Below the pieces are notes generated by a model. That model saw only the letters and a list, made by a program, of their open reading frames with translations. It was not told the origin of the DNA and made no database searches. Below, piece after piece: positions 1-10,240 of a DNA stretch of 64,000 bases. The position numbers were made by a program, and so were the translations under genes. Every line of letters starts with the position of its first letter. The first letter of the stretch is position 1. Origin of the DNA: Candidatus Methylomirabilota bacterium (lineage in GTDB: Bacteria > Methylomirabilota > Methylomirabilia > Rokubacteriales > CSP1-6); assembly GCA_036506275.1 (NCBI GenBank), contig DASXSB010000031.1, positions 642 through 64,641 on the forward strand, in the 5' to 3' direction.

Positions 1-61
1 CGAGTTCGACGCCATGCCCGAACGCTTCACGACGGCGCTCGATCGGCGGCGGCCGGCGTGA
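1..61 (+). CDS. 3' end of an upstream gene running off the window start (product unknown)
   Basis: In-frame coding sequence ...EFDAMPERFTTALDRRRPA ending in TGA at about 59-61. Not in the ORF track because it is truncated by the window edge. Confidence 0.3.
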   Translation, partial: EFDAMPERFTTALDRRRPA

Positions 62-131
62 TGGATCACCGGCGGTCGGGCGACGGCCGGACGGTGATCC
101 TCGTCGTCGCCGTGACCGACGAGGCGCGCCG

Positions 132-812
132 GTGAGCGAACCGAGCGGGGAGTCCCGTCCGATCATGCCGCTGTTCCATGATCGCCACGACGCCGGCCGC
201 CGATTGGCGGAGAAGCTGAGAGCCTACGCGGGCACGTCGGCGATGGTTCTCGCATTGCCGCGCGGGGGCGTGCCTGTCGCGGCCGAGGTCGCCGACCGGC
301 TCGGCCTGCCGCTCGACGTGTTCGTCGTCCGCAAGCTCGGGGTCCCCGGATACCCGGAGCTGGCCATGGGCGCGCTCGCAAACGGCGGCGTGCGCGTGCT
401 GAATGCAGACGTCGTCCAGGCCCTCGGCATCACGCCCGATCTCATCGAGACCGTGGCGCGCCGGGAGGCCACCGAGCTCGCCCGGCGCGAGCGCGCGTAC
501 CGCGGCGATCAGCCATCGCTCGACGTCGACGGCCGGACGGTGATTCTCGTCGACGACGGACTCGCGACGGGAGCGACGATGCGCGCCGGTATTGCCGCCT
601 TGCGCGCGCGCGGGGCTGCCCACGTCGTGGTGGCCGTTCCCGTGGGCGCGCCCGAAACGTGCGCCGCACTGGCCGCCGACGCTGACGAGGTCGTCTGCGC
701 CACCGCTCCGCAGCCGTTTTTCGCCGTCGGGCACTGGTACGAAAACTTCGAGCAGACGAGCGATGACGAGGTCCGCGCTCTCCTGCGACGGCGGACGGAG
801 AGCGCGCGATGA
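132..812 (+). CDS. phosphoribosyltransferase family protein (type I PRTase fold)
   Basis: 226-aa ORF with the PRTase PRPP-binding motif VILVDDGLATGATM and a flexible-loop region. The start could be one of several in-frame codons near 132. Confidence 0.8.
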   Translation: MSEPSGESRPIMPLFHDRHDAGRRLAEKLRAYAGTSAMVLALPRGGVPVAAEVADRLGLPLDVFVVRKLGVPGYPELAMGALANGGVRVLNADVVQALGITPDLIETVARREATELARRERAYRGDQPSLDVDGRTVILVDDGLATGATMRAGIAALRARGAAHVVVAVPVGAPETCAALAADADEVVCATAPQPFFAVGHWYENFEQTSDDEVRALLRRRTESAR

Positions 813-958
813 TCCGCAAGCTCCCTTCGGGCGCCTACCGCCTGTATTCGCGCAAGAAGGACCCGCGCACGGGGAAGCGTCGCAACCTCGGGACCTTCTC
901 AACACGGGCGGCCGCCGAGCGCCACGAGCGCGCCGTCCAGTTCTTCAAGCGGCACTGA
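809..958 (+). CDS. small basic conserved hypothetical protein (49 aa), translationally coupled to the PRTase
   Basis: ATG at 809 overlaps the PRTase stop (ATGA). Translation is MIRKLPSGAYRLYSRKKDPRTGKRRNLGTFSTRAAAERHERAVQFFKRH. The codon bias matches the genome. The ORF is below the track size cutoff. Confidence 0.5.
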   Translation: MIRKLPSGAYRLYSRKKDPRTGKRRNLGTFSTRAAAERHERAVQFFKRH

Positions 959-1045
959 GAGGAACTTCGCAAAGCGTTCGGCCGTCCGCCGGCACCGCGA
1001 AGGCGACACCGATGCCGCTGGCCGAGTAGCGCCAGCGCCGAGGCG

Positions 1046-2209
1046 CTAGTCGGCCTGGCGTCTCAGGAAGGCCGGGACGTCGAGATCGTCGCCCTCGATG
1101 CCGTCTTCGCCCTCCGCCCGCATCTCGCCCGCGCGCCTCCGCCACGCCCCCGCCGCCGCCGCCGGGCTGGAGCGCGTGGCGCGTGGCAGATCCACGACCT
1201 TGCCGCCGGAGACCAGCACGTCGCGCTTCTCCGTGAAGCCGGTCGCGATGACGGTCATGCGCACTTCATCTTGAAGGTTCGGATCGATGACGGCGCCGAA
1301 GATGATGTTGGCTTCCTCGTGGGCCGCTTCCTGCACGATGCGCGCTGCCTCCTCCACCTCGTGGATGGAGAGGTCGGGGCCGCCCGTGAAGTTGATCAGG
1401 ATGCCCTTGGCGCCGTGGATCGACGTCTCGTCGAGGAGCGGGCTCGCGACGGCTTTCTGGGCGGCGTCGAGGGCGCGATGCTCGCCGCGGCCGATTCCGG
1501 TCCCCATCATGGCCATGCCCATCCCGGACATGATCGTGCGCACGTCGGCGAAGTCGAGGTTGATGAGACCGGGAACGAGGATGAGATCGGAGATGCCCTG
1601 CACCGCCTGCTGGAGCACGGTGTCGGCGACGCGGAAGGCGTCGATGAGCGGCGTGCCGCGATCCACGACCGAGAGCAGGCGCTGGTTCGGGATGGCGATG
1701 AGCGTGTCCACCACGCCGCGCAGCGCCTCCAGGCCGGCCTCCGCCTGCTGCATCCGCTTCCGCCCCTCGAACGCGAACGGCTTCGTCACCACCGCCACCG
1801 TGAGAATGCCGAGATCCTTCGCGAGCGAGGCCACCACCGGCGCGGAGCCGGTGCCGGTGCCGCCGCCGAGGCCGGCGGTGATGAACACCATGTCCGCGCC
1901 CTCGACCAGCCGCGTGATTTCCTCCGGATCTTCCTCCGCCGCGTTCCGCCCGACCTCTGGATTGGAGCCCGCACCGAGACCCTGCGTGAGCTTGGCCCCG
2001 AGCTGGACCTTCACCGGCGCCGGCGACGCCCGCAGCGCCTGCGCGTCGGTGTTGGCGACGATGAACTCGACGCCCGTGCACGACGCCGCCATCATGCGGC
2101 TGACCGCGTTGCCACCGCCTCCCCCGAGGCCGATGACCTTGATCTTCGCCGCCTGCGGCACCTCTTCGAGTTCGAAGAGCGGGCGCCGTGCGCGATCTCT
2201 CTCCATCAA
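1046..2209 (-). CDS. ftsZ: cell division GTPase FtsZ
   Basis: 387 aa with the tubulin signature GGGTGTG and the typical C-terminal tail [13 protein letters not shown]. It is the last gene of the dcw cluster. Confidence 0.97.
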   Translation of the reverse strand: MMERDRARRPLFELEEVPQAAKIKVIGLGGGGGNAVSRMMAASCTGVEFIVANTDAQALRASPAPVKVQLGAKLTQGLGAGSNPEVGRNAAEEDPEEITRLVEGADMVFITAGLGGGTGTGSAPVVASLAKDLGILTVAVVTKPFAFEGRKRMQQAEAGLEALRGVVDTLIAIPNQRLLSVVDRGTPLIDAFRVADTVLQQAVQGISDLILVPGLINLDFADVRTIMSGMGMAMMGTGIGRGEHRALDAAQKAVASPLLDETSIHGAKGILINFTGGPDLSIHEVEEAARIVQEAAHEEANIIFGAVIDPNLQDEVRMTVIATGFTEKRDVLVSGGKVVDLPRATRSSPAAAAGAWRRRAGEMRAEGEDGIEGDDLDVPAFLRRQAD

Positions 2210-2272
2210 TGCCTCCCCAGGTTGACCTGTCGGCCTGTCACGTTACCTTCCACGAGAAGGGCGCGCTCACCG

Positions 2273-3526
2273 TCAAAAAATTTCACTGAACCATCCCGCC
2301 AGCCGGCGACTGAAGCGTCCGAACTGGCGACGCTCGCCGGTGTCGACGACGGTGCTCGCACTTTGCCGGCGCGCACCGTACACGGCGAGGCCGACCGCGG
2401 TCGCATAGATCGGGCTCTTCACGACGTCGGTGAGCCCGCCCACCGCGTCCGGGATCCCGCGGCGCACGGGCAGGTCGAACACGGCTTCCGCCAGCTCCGG
2501 CACGCCTTCCATGATCGAGGTCCCGCCCGTGACCACGATGCCGGCGGTGGCGGCTTCCTTGAGGCCGGCCCGCGTCAGGTCCCGCGCGACGAGCGACAGC
2601 ATCTCCTCCACGCGCGGCTGGATGATCTCGGAGAGCACCTGGCGGGAGAGCTGGCGCGGCTTCCGTCCCCCCACGGAGGGGACGTCGACGATCTCCTCGG
2701 CGGGGACGAGCGCGGTGAGCGCGCACCCGTACCGCTTCTTCAGATCTTCGGCGTCGGCGGCGGGGGTGCGCAGCCCGATGGCGATGTCGTTGGTGACGTG
2801 ATCGCCGCCGATGGGGAGAATCGCCGTGTGCCAGATGGCGCCTTCGCGAAGCACCGCCACGTCGGTGGTGCCGCCCCCGATGTCGACGAGCACCACGCCC
2901 AGCTCTTTCTCGTCGTCGAGCAGCACCGACTCCGCGGACGCGAGCGGCTCCAGCACCACGTCCTGGACGGAGAGCCCGGCGCGGTTGACGGAGCGGATCA
3001 CGTTCTGCACCGACGTGATGGCGCCGGTGACGATGTGGACCTCGGCCTCTAGACGCACGCCCGACATGCCGATCGGCTCCCGCACGCCGTCCTGATCGTC
3101 CACCACGAACGTCTGCGGCAGGACGTGGATGACCTCGCGGTCTTGCGGGAGATTGATGGCGCGCGCCGCTTCCACCACGCGCTCGACGTCGATCTCGCTC
3201 ACCTCGCGGTGCTTGCCGGAGATGGCGACGACGCCGCGGCTGTTGACGCCGCGCACGTGGCCGCCCGCCACCCCCGCGTACACGCGCGACACCTCGACCC
3301 CCGCCATCTGCTCCGCTTCCGCCACCGCCTGCTTGATGGCCTCCACGGTGGAGTCGATGTTGACGACGACGCCTTTGCGCAGGCCGCGCGACGGCGCCGC
3401 CCCCACCCCGATCACGTCCAGACCGCCGAGCGCGTTGGGCTCGGCGATCACGGCACAGATCTTCGTCGTGCCCACATCGAGACCCACGATGAGGTCGTGC
3501 GCGCGCGCGAGGGCTATTGCATCGCT
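2273..3526 (-). CDS. ftsA: cell division protein FtsA (actin-like ATPase)
   Basis: N-terminal LIVGLDVGTTKICAVIAE motif and actin-fold motifs. The ORF track extends to 3640, but homology begins near 3520 just after the ftsQ stop. No ATG is there, so an alternative start is assumed. Confidence 0.85.
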   Translation of the reverse strand, partial: SDAIALARAHDLIVGLDVGTTKICAVIAEPNALGGLDVIGVGAAPSRGLRKGVVVNIDSTVEAIKQAVAEAEQMAGVEVSRVYAGVAGGHVRGVNSRGVVAISGKHREVSEIDVERVVEAARAINLPQDREVIHVLPQTFVVDDQDGVREPIGMSGVRLEAEVHIVTGAITSVQNVIRSVNRAGLSVQDVVLEPLASAESVLLDDEKELGVVLVDIGGGTTDVAVLREGAIWHTAILPIGGDHVTNDIAIGLRTPAADAEDLKKRYGCALTALVPAEEIVDVPSVGGRKPRQLSRQVLSEIIQPRVEEMLSLVARDLTRAGLKEAATAGIVVTGGTSIMEGVPELAEAVFDLPVRRGIPDAVGGLTDVVKSPIYATAVGLAVYGARRQSASTVVDTGERRQFGRFSRRLAGWFSEIF

Positions 3527-4362
3527 CCTTTCTGGAGAACGACCTGATCGCGGAAGCGCAGATCGACGGCGGTCACGCCGCCCCCCTGCCCCGCCACCTC
3601 GGCGAGGACGCCTTCGAGACGGGCGAGCCGCTCTTCCCACTGCTCGTTCCCGAGCCGCACCTCGATGCCGTCCAGCGTGTAGAGGACGGGGCCGTCGTGG
3701 CGGCTCATGTCGATCTCCGAGATCTCGTTGGCGAGCGTGCTGCCGCTCCGGAGCAAGGCGCGGATGAGCGCGATGGCGGCGCGGGCGCGCGGCGACGGCG
3801 CCTCGCGCATGGTCTCCACCTCCGCCTCGCTGAGGCCGCTGATGAGGGGGGCGGGCGGCGCCACCGCGTCGCGCTCCTCGCCGAGGAGCCGACCTTCCTC
3901 GTCGACCCAGTGCAGCCGCCCGCTGTGGAGGAGGGTGAAGGGCCGGCGCTCCTCCACGTTGATGGTGACGCGGTTGGGAAATTCACGGATCAGCTCGGCA
4001 CGCCGGATCTCCGGCAATTCTTCCAGGCGCGCAATGACGGCCGCGGTGTCCAGTCTCAATAGGTTGGTGCCGAGACGGATGCCGGCCGCGTCGAGAATGC
4101 GGTCCACGGGCAATCGTGACGCCCCATGGACCTCCACGTCGGCAATGGCGAAGCGCGGCGCCGTGAGCACCCACAGACCGCCGGCGCCGGCGAGAGCGAG
4201 GAGGAGCAGCAGACCGGTGACCGTGAGCAGACGCGGCAGCCGCGGCGTGTCCGCGTGCCGCTTCACGCGCCCCACGCGCTGGCGAGCGACCAGCGGCGAC
4301 CGCGTCCCGAAATCCCCGAGGGGACGGCCGCCGATGCGCGGCGACACCAGCCCCTTACTCAC
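3514..4362 (-). CDS. ftsQ: cell division protein FtsQ (POTRA domain)
   Basis: 282 aa with an N-terminal TM segment, a POTRA-like region (RFAIADVEVHGASRLPVDRIL) and an FtsQ C-terminal domain. It sits between murB and ftsA. Confidence 0.85.
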   Translation of the reverse strand: MSKGLVSPRIGGRPLGDFGTRSPLVARQRVGRVKRHADTPRLPRLLTVTGLLLLLALAGAGGLWVLTAPRFAIADVEVHGASRLPVDRILDAAGIRLGTNLLRLDTAAVIARLEELPEIRRAELIREFPNRVTINVEERRPFTLLHSGRLHWVDEEGRLLGEERDAVAPPAPLISGLSEAEVETMREAPSPRARAAIALIRALLRSGSTLANEISEIDMSRHDGPVLYTLDGIEVRLGNEQWEERLARLEGVLAEVAGQGGGVTAVDLRFRDQVVLQKGAMQ

Positions 4363-5233
4363 CGATGATCCTGATCTCGTGCTCGAGGACGATGCCGAAA
4401 TGCGCGTGCACGCGCTCCCGCGTGAGATCGAGCAAGGCCATGATGTCGGCGGCGGAGGCGCCGCCGCGGTTGACGATGAAGTTGGCGTGCTTGGTCGAGA
4501 CCTCGGCGCCGTTCAAGCGCTTGCCCTTGAGCCCGACCTTTTCGATCAGGCGCGAGGCCTGCTCGTTGGACGGGTTCTTCCAGACGTAACCCGCCGACGC
4601 GAGCGCGAGTGGCTGCGTCGATTTCTTCTGCTTGAGCCTGACTTTGAGGTCCTTCTGGATGTCGGCGAGGGGACGGCGGTGGAGCTGGAGGCGGCAGCCG
4701 ATGAGCACGGCCCCCGCCGGCAGCGTGAACGAGCGATACCCGAACGCGCCCGTGCCCGGCTTGAACTCGCCGAGCGAGCCGTCGGGGTGGAGGTAGTAGA
4801 CGGCGGACACGAAGTCGCCGATCGATCCGTCGGCCGTCCCCGCGTTCATGGCGAGGGCGCCGCCCACCGAGGCCGGAATCCCGATCAGGGGCTCGATGCC
4901 GCCCAGGTTCAGCGCGGCCGCTTCACGGATGAGGGCGGACAGGGTCACGCCTGCGCCCGCCAGCGCCTCCTCGCCGTGGAACTCCGCGCGCCCGAGGCAG
5001 CCCTCGAGCTTCAGCACGACGCCGCGGATGCCGCGGTCGCGCACGAGCAGGTTGTTGCCGCCGCCGACTACCGCCACCGGCAGCTGCTCGCGCTCCGCGA
5101 ACATCAGCGCATGACGGATGTCGTCCACGTCCTGCGGCACGATGAAAATGTCGGCCGCGCCGCCGATACGAAGCGAGGTGTGGAAGCTGAGCGGCTCCTT
5201 GAACCGCACTTCTCCCCGGATTTCTCCTAGCAT
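4355..5233 (-). CDS. murB: UDP-N-acetylenolpyruvoylglucosamine reductase MurB
   Basis: 292 aa with an FAD-binding MurB N-terminus ([22 protein letters not shown]) and a MurB C-terminal domain. Confidence 0.92.
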   Translation of the reverse strand: MLGEIRGEVRFKEPLSFHTSLRIGGAADIFIVPQDVDDIRHALMFAEREQLPVAVVGGGNNLLVRDRGIRGVVLKLEGCLGRAEFHGEEALAGAGVTLSALIREAAALNLGGIEPLIGIPASVGGALAMNAGTADGSIGDFVSAVYYLHPDGSLGEFKPGTGAFGYRSFTLPAGAVLIGCRLQLHRRPLADIQKDLKVRLKQKKSTQPLALASAGYVWKNPSNEQASRLIEKVGLKGKRLNGAEVSTKHANFIVNRGGASAADIMALLDLTRERVHAHFGIVLEHEIRIIGE

Positions 5234-6627
5234 GAGGCCCCCCCTTGGGTTGGGTCGGCTGCAAGTCTCCGGAGCAATTCGGGACCGAGCTGGCCCACGT
5301 CGCCGGCGCCGAGCGTCAGCACGAGGTCGCCTGGCCGCGTGATCTCCGCCAGATACTGCACGATGCGCGCGCGGTCGTTACCGAGGTGCACCACGTCGCG
5401 ATGACCGTAAGCGCGGATCCCCTCCGCCAGCGCAGCGGCGCTCACCCCGGGCAGGGTGGGCTCGCCGGCGGCATAGATGTCCATGAGCACGAGCACGTCC
5501 GCCTCGTTGAAGGCGGTGAGGAACTCCTGATGCAGGTGCTTCGTTCGCGTGTAGCGGTGCGGCTGGAAGACGGCGATGGTGCGTCGGTCGAACCCGGCCT
5601 TGGCGGCGGCCAGCGTGGCGCGGATCTCGGCGGGATGGTGACCGTAGTCGTCGATCACGGTCACGCCCGCCGCCGTGCCACGGATCTGAAAGCGGCGCTG
5701 GACGCCGCTGAAGGCGGCGAGCGCGCGCGCGATGGTCGCGAACGGGATCTCGAGATCGAGCCCGACCCCGATGGCGGCCAGGGCATTGAGGACGTTGTGA
5801 CGCCCGGGAACTTGCAGCGTGCACTCCCCGAGCAGCGTGCCGCGGCGAGCCACCTCGAAGCGACTCGTCATTCCGTTCAGGCGCAGGCGGTGGGCGACGA
5901 GGTCGGCCGCGGACTCGAGCCCGTAGGTGACAATGCGCTTCTCGATGCGCGGGATCAGCATCTGGATGTTCGGCTGGTCCAGGCAAAGGACGGCGGCGCC
6001 GTAGAAGGGCACCTTGTTCACGAAGGCGACGAACGCCTCGCGGATGGCGTCGAGGTCGCGATAGTGGTCGAGGTGCTCGGCGTCGATGGTGGTGACGACC
6101 GCGATGGTGGGAGCGAGCTTCAGGAAGGAGCCGTCCGACTCGTCGGCCTCCGCCACCAGGAACTCGCCCTGGCCCAGCCGCGCGTTGGAGCCGAAGCTCG
6201 TCACGCGCCCGCCCACCACGATCGTGGGGTCGTACCGCCCCTCGGCGAGGACGGCGCCGACCATGGAGGTTGTCGTCGTCTTGCCGTGCGTGCCCGCCAC
6301 CGCGATCCCGTACTTGAGCCGCATCAGCTCGGCGAGCATCTCCGCGCGCGGGATGGCGGGGATCTGGTGCTGACGCGCCGCCTGCACCTCGACGTTGTCG
6401 CGCGAGACGGCCGACGAGTAGACGACGACGTGCGCGTCCTCGATGTTGCCGGCGTCGTGACCGAGGAACACCTTGGCGCCGAGCTGCTCCAGGCGATCCA
6501 CGGTCTCGCTGCGGCGCGCGTCCGATCCCGTCACCCGGTAGCCGAGGTTCAAGAGGATCTCGGCGATGCCGGACATCCCGATGCCGCCGATGCCCACGAA
6601 GTGGATGTGCTGGTAGCGCTTAAACAC
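5227..6627 (-). CDS. murC: UDP-N-acetylmuramate--L-alanine ligase MurC
   Basis: 466 aa with the Mur ligase N-terminal [15 protein letters not shown] motif and the [10 protein letters not shown]-loop. Confidence 0.95.
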   Translation of the reverse strand: MFKRYQHIHFVGIGGIGMSGIAEILLNLGYRVTGSDARRSETVDRLEQLGAKVFLGHDAGNIEDAHVVVYSSAVSRDNVEVQAARQHQIPAIPRAEMLAELMRLKYGIAVAGTHGKTTTTSMVGAVLAEGRYDPTIVVGGRVTSFGSNARLGQGEFLVAEADESDGSFLKLAPTIAVVTTIDAEHLDHYRDLDAIREAFVAFVNKVPFYGAAVLCLDQPNIQMLIPRIEKRIVTYGLESAADLVAHRLRLNGMTSRFEVARRGTLLGECTLQVPGRHNVLNALAAIGVGLDLEIPFATIARALAAFSGVQRRFQIRGTAAGVTVIDDYGHHPAEIRATLAAAKAGFDRRTIAVFQPHRYTRTKHLHQEFLTAFNEADVLVLMDIYAAGEPTLPGVSAAALAEGIRAYGHRDVVHLGNDRARIVQYLAEITRPGDLVLTLGAGDVGQLGPELLRRLAADPTQGGASC

Positions 6628-7717
6628 GGCCGTGCTGGGAAATGTTCAGGAGGACGCCGGTGGACAGCATCGTCATCAGCAGCGCCGAACCTCCGAACGA
6701 GATGAACGGCAGGGGCAGGCCCTTGGTCGGAAGCACGCCGGTGACGACGCCGAGATTGAGCAGGGTCTGGGTGGCGATCAGCGTGGTGATGCCGAGCGCG
6801 AGATAGGCGCCGAAGGGATCGCCCGCGCGGAGACCGATGCGGAGACCGCGCCAGATCAGCACCACGAAGAGGGCGATCATCGCCATCGCGCCCACGAAGC
6901 CGAGCTCCTCGCCGAGGACGGCGAAGATGAAGTCGGTGTGCGCTTCCGGCAGGTAGAAGAGCTTCTGCTTCGACTCCCCGACCCCGCGCCCGAGGAACCC
7001 GCCGCTGCCGAGGGCGAGCCAGGACTGGATGATCTGGAAGCCGCTGCCGCGCGGGTCCTGCCAAGGATCCCAGAAGGCGGTCATGCGCCGCAACCGGTAG
7101 GGCGCGGCGTAGATCGCGATCACGACCAGCGGCAGCGCGGAGCCGACCACCAGCGCCAGGTGCTGGACCCGGCTGCCGGCGAGGAAGAGCAGCGCGAACG
7201 TGAGCGCAATGAGGGCGAGGCAGTTGCCCAGATCCGGCTGCGCGAAGACGAGCCCGGCGAGGGCGGCCGCGACCGCCAGGGGCGGCAGGAAGCCATGCCG
7301 GAAATTGCGGATCTGGTCGCGACGCTCGGCCAGGAAAGACGCCAGGTAAATGACCAGCGCGAGCTTGGCGAGCTCGACCGGCTGGAACGACACCGGCCCT
7401 ACCCGAATCCACCGGCGGGTGCCGTTGATGGCCTGCCCGATGGGGGGCACGAGCACGAGGACCAGCAAGACGCCGGCCACCAGGAGCAGCGGAACGCGGA
7501 TCCGCTCCAGGCGCCGGTAATCGAAGCGCACCGCGAGCCAGAGGGCGCCGGCGCCCAGGACCGCCCAGAACACCTGTTTCTTCAAAAAGAAATACGGGTC
7601 GCGAAAGCGGTCGGCGGCCACGATGGCACTCGCGGAGTAGACCATCACCACGCCCGCCGACAGGAGGGCGACCGCCACCCCGAACAGCCACATGTCGGGC
7701 CGAAGCGGGCGCGGCAT
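6620..7717 (-). CDS. ftsW: SEDS-family peptidoglycan glycosyltransferase FtsW
   Basis: The C-terminal about 366 aa of track ORF 6620..8998 is a 10-TM FtsW/RodA-family protein ([13 protein letters not shown]...GRV). Its ATG at 7717 overlaps the murD stop (ATGA). The upstream part of that track ORF is an alternative-frame artefact over murD. Confidence 0.88.
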   Translation of the reverse strand: MPRPLRPDMWLFGVAVALLSAGVVMVYSASAIVAADRFRDPYFFLKKQVFWAVLGAGALWLAVRFDYRRLERIRVPLLLVAGVLLVLVLVPPIGQAINGTRRWIRVGPVSFQPVELAKLALVIYLASFLAERRDQIRNFRHGFLPPLAVAAALAGLVFAQPDLGNCLALIALTFALLFLAGSRVQHLALVVGSALPLVVIAIYAAPYRLRRMTAFWDPWQDPRGSGFQIIQSWLALGSGGFLGRGVGESKQKLFYLPEAHTDFIFAVLGEELGFVGAMAMIALFVVLIWRGLRIGLRAGDPFGAYLALGITTLIATQTLLNLGVVTGVLPTKGLPLPFISFGGSALLMTMLSTGVLLNISQHGRV

Positions 7718-9120
7718 CAGTCGAGCGCCTGCACGAGGCGCCGGAACACGTCGCCCCGGTGCTCGAAGTTGTCGAACATGTCGAAGGACGCGCACGCCGG
7801 CGACAGGAGGACGACGTCGCCGGGCGTGGCGAGCGCGCGCGCGGTGTCGATCGCTTCCGCCATCGAGCCGCGCTCGACGAGCCGGATCCCGGCGGCAGCG
7901 AAGGCGGCCGCGATTCCGGGCCCGTCCTCGCCGATGAGCACAGCGTGCGCGACGCGGTCGCGGGCGGCGGCGGCGAGCGGTGCCCAGTCCTGGCCCTTGC
8001 CCTTGCCGCCCGCGATGAGCACGATCGGCTCCGGAAAGCTCTCCAGCGCCCGCACGGTGGACTCGACGTTGGTGCCCTTGGAGTCGTTGTAGTAGCTCAC
8101 GCCGTGGAGGTCGCGCACGAACTCGATCCGGTGCGGCACCGCTCGAAAGCCGGCGATCCCGCGCGCGATGACCGACGCCGACAATCCCGCCCACAGCGCG
8201 CACGCGGTGGCGGCGAGGACGTTCTCGACGTTGTGGGCACCGCGAAGCGTGATGGCCGACACCGGGGTGATCTTCTCCAGATGCCCATTGAGGCGGGCCG
8301 CGATCCACCCATCGTGCACGAACACGCCGTGCTCGAGCGAGTGCCGCCGGCTGAACATCACCACGCGCGCCCGCGTGCGATCGGCGAGCGCGCGCGCGGC
8401 CTCGTCGTCGGCGTTGAGGACGGCGCAGTCGGCCTCCGTCTGGTTGGCGAAGATACGCGCCTTCGCCTCCATGTAGGCCGCGAATGTCCGATGGCGATCG
8501 AGATGGTCCGGGGTGACGTTGAGCACGGCCGCCACCCGCGGCCGGAAGAGCTCGGTCGTCTCGAGCTGGAAGCTCGACACCTCGGCGACGACGAGGCCGT
8601 CGGGCGGGAACGCGAGCGCACCCGCCGTGAGCGGCGTCCCGATGTTGCCGGCCACCAACAGCGGCCGCGCCTGTCCCGCCAGGAGCGCGCCCGTGAGCGC
8701 GGTCGTCGTGGTCTTGCCGTTGGTCCCGGTGATGGCGATGGTGTCGGCCTCGGTGGTGCGCCAGCCGAGCTCCAGCTCCGCGATCACCGGCACGCCCGCC
8801 GCGCGCGCCGCCGTGAGCTGCTCGCCGTCGACCGGCACGCCGGGACTCGTGACCACCAGCGACGCCTGCCGGATGGCGGCGATTCCCTCGTCGCCGAGCG
8901 CCAGTCGCGCGCCGAGCCCGGTCACCGCGCGCGCGTCGGCGCCGAGCGCATCGAGCGGCTTGGCGTCGACGGCGACGACCTTCGCCCCCGCCGCGCACAG
9001 GAGCCGCACGGCGGCGACGCCGCTGCGGGCGAGGCCGACGACGGCTACCCGCCGGCCCGCGAGCGACTCCACGTACGCCCTTCCGCGCGTGGTCACCTCC
9101 GCCTCCTCCAGCCCGATCAC
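7717..9120 (-). CDS. murD: UDP-N-acetylmuramoylalanine--D-glutamate ligase MurD
   Basis: 467 aa with an N-terminal Rossmann segment VAVVGLARSGVAAVRLL and the GTNGKTTTT P-loop. Confidence 0.95.
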   Translation of the reverse strand: MIGLEEAEVTTRGRAYVESLAGRRVAVVGLARSGVAAVRLLCAAGAKVVAVDAKPLDALGADARAVTGLGARLALGDEGIAAIRQASLVVTSPGVPVDGEQLTAARAAGVPVIAELELGWRTTEADTIAITGTNGKTTTTALTGALLAGQARPLLVAGNIGTPLTAGALAFPPDGLVVAEVSSFQLETTELFRPRVAAVLNVTPDHLDRHRTFAAYMEAKARIFANQTEADCAVLNADDEAARALADRTRARVVMFSRRHSLEHGVFVHDGWIAARLNGHLEKITPVSAITLRGAHNVENVLAATACALWAGLSASVIARGIAGFRAVPHRIEFVRDLHGVSYYNDSKGTNVESTVRALESFPEPIVLIAGGKGKGQDWAPLAAAARDRVAHAVLIGEDGPGIAAAFAAAGIRLVERGSMAEAIDTARALATPGDVVLLSPACASFDMFDNFEHRGDVFRRLVQALD

Positions 9121-9148
9121 CCCTGTGCCCCCGTCCCCCGCGCGCGCA

Positions 9149-10231
9149 TCACCTGAGCTTCAGCGTGGTGAGCGCCAGCAGCGCGAGCGCGAAGGAGACG
9201 ATCCAGAACCGGACGACGATCTTGGGCTCCGCCCATCCCGCCAGCTCGTAATGGTGATGGAGCGGCGCCATGCGGAAGACGCGGCGCCCGGTGAGCTTGA
9301 AGCTCGCGACCTGGATCATCACGGAGACGGCCTCCATGACGTAGAGGCCGCCAATGAGCGGCAGCAGCAGCTCCGCCTTCGTGAGTACGGCCAGCATCCC
9401 GATGGCGCCGCCGAGGGCGAGCGAGCCCGCATCGCCCATGAAAACCTCCGCCGGGTGACAGTTGAACCAGAGAAACCCGATGGCGGCCCCGATGAGGGCG
9501 CCGCAGAAGACCGTCAGCTCGCCCGCGCCCTTGACGTTGATGATCTTCAAGTAATCGGCCGCCCGGAAGTTGCCGGTCAGGTACGCGATGATGCCGAAGG
9601 CGCCCCCCGCCATCACTACCGGCCCGATGGCGAGGCCGTCGAGCCCGTCGGTGAGATTCACCGCGTTGGAGGCGCCGATCACGACCAGCATCGCGAAGGG
9701 AATCCAGAGCCAGCCCAGATCCACGAGCCATCCCTTGAGGAAGGGGATGGCGAGCACGGGCAGCCATCCGTCGCCGCGCGACCAGAAGACGACCTGGAGC
9801 AACGCGAGCGTCAGCAGCACCTGGCACGCGAGCTTCGTGCGCGCCGAGACCCCGCGCCGGGTGCGAAGCTTCTTCGTGTCGTCCCACATCCCGATGAAGC
9901 CGAAGCCGATGGTGGCGAGGATGATCACCCACACGAAGCGGTTCGTGAGATTCGCCCACAGCAACGTCGCGCTCACGATGGCGATCAGGATGATCACGCC
10001 CCCCATCGTGGGCGTCCCCTTCTTGAGCACGCGATGACGCTCGGGCGTGTCCTCGCGGATCGTCTCCCCGCCGTGCTGCATGAGCCGGAGGCGCCGGATC
10101 AGCCACGGCCCGACGACCAGCGAGATGACCAGGGCCGAGATCAACGCCATGAACGAGCGGAACGTCAGATACCGGAAGACGTTGAACACGATGTGGTCGC
10201 GCGCCAGCGGCACGAGGAAGTGGTAAAGCAT
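9149..10231 (-). CDS. mraY: phospho-N-acetylmuramoyl-pentapeptide transferase MraY
   Basis: 360 aa polytopic membrane protein with MraY motifs (GMWDDTKK and the conserved Asp-rich loops). Confidence 0.95.
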   Translation of the reverse strand: MLYHFLVPLARDHIVFNVFRYLTFRSFMALISALVISLVVGPWLIRRLRLMQHGGETIREDTPERHRVLKKGTPTMGGVIILIAIVSATLLWANLTNRFVWVIILATIGFGFIGMWDDTKKLRTRRGVSARTKLACQVLLTLALLQVVFWSRGDGWLPVLAIPFLKGWLVDLGWLWIPFAMLVVIGASNAVNLTDGLDGLAIGPVVMAGGAFGIIAYLTGNFRAADYLKIINVKGAGELTVFCGALIGAAIGFLWFNCHPAEVFMGDAGSLALGGAIGMLAVLTKAELLLPLIGGLYVMEAVSVMIQVASFKLTGRRVFRMAPLHHHYELAGWAEPKIVVRFWIVSFALALLALTTLKLR

Positions 10232-10240
10232 CTTCCCCCC

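Noticed and set aside
1271-3052. Long plus-strand ORFs (593 aa and others) antisense to ftsZ/ftsA, and similar Arg/Ala/Gly-rich ORFs throughout, e.g. 5245..6705, 6632..8092, 7759..9156, 8513..11725 (1070 aa), 11731..13182, 14097..15347, 32134..35277 (1047 aa), 38428..41586 (1052 aa), 43568..44935, 47788..49092, 19532..21199 and 23081..24754.
   Set aside because: These are alternative-frame or antisense read-through typical of about 70% GC DNA. Their composition is low-complexity (R/A/G/P-rich), and each overlaps a gene with clear homology in another frame.
6620-8998. 792-aa track ORF spanning ftsW and murD.
   Set aside because: Only the C-terminal about 366 aa (from the ATG at 7717) is FtsW. 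The N-terminal 420 aa is an out-of-frame artefact over murD.
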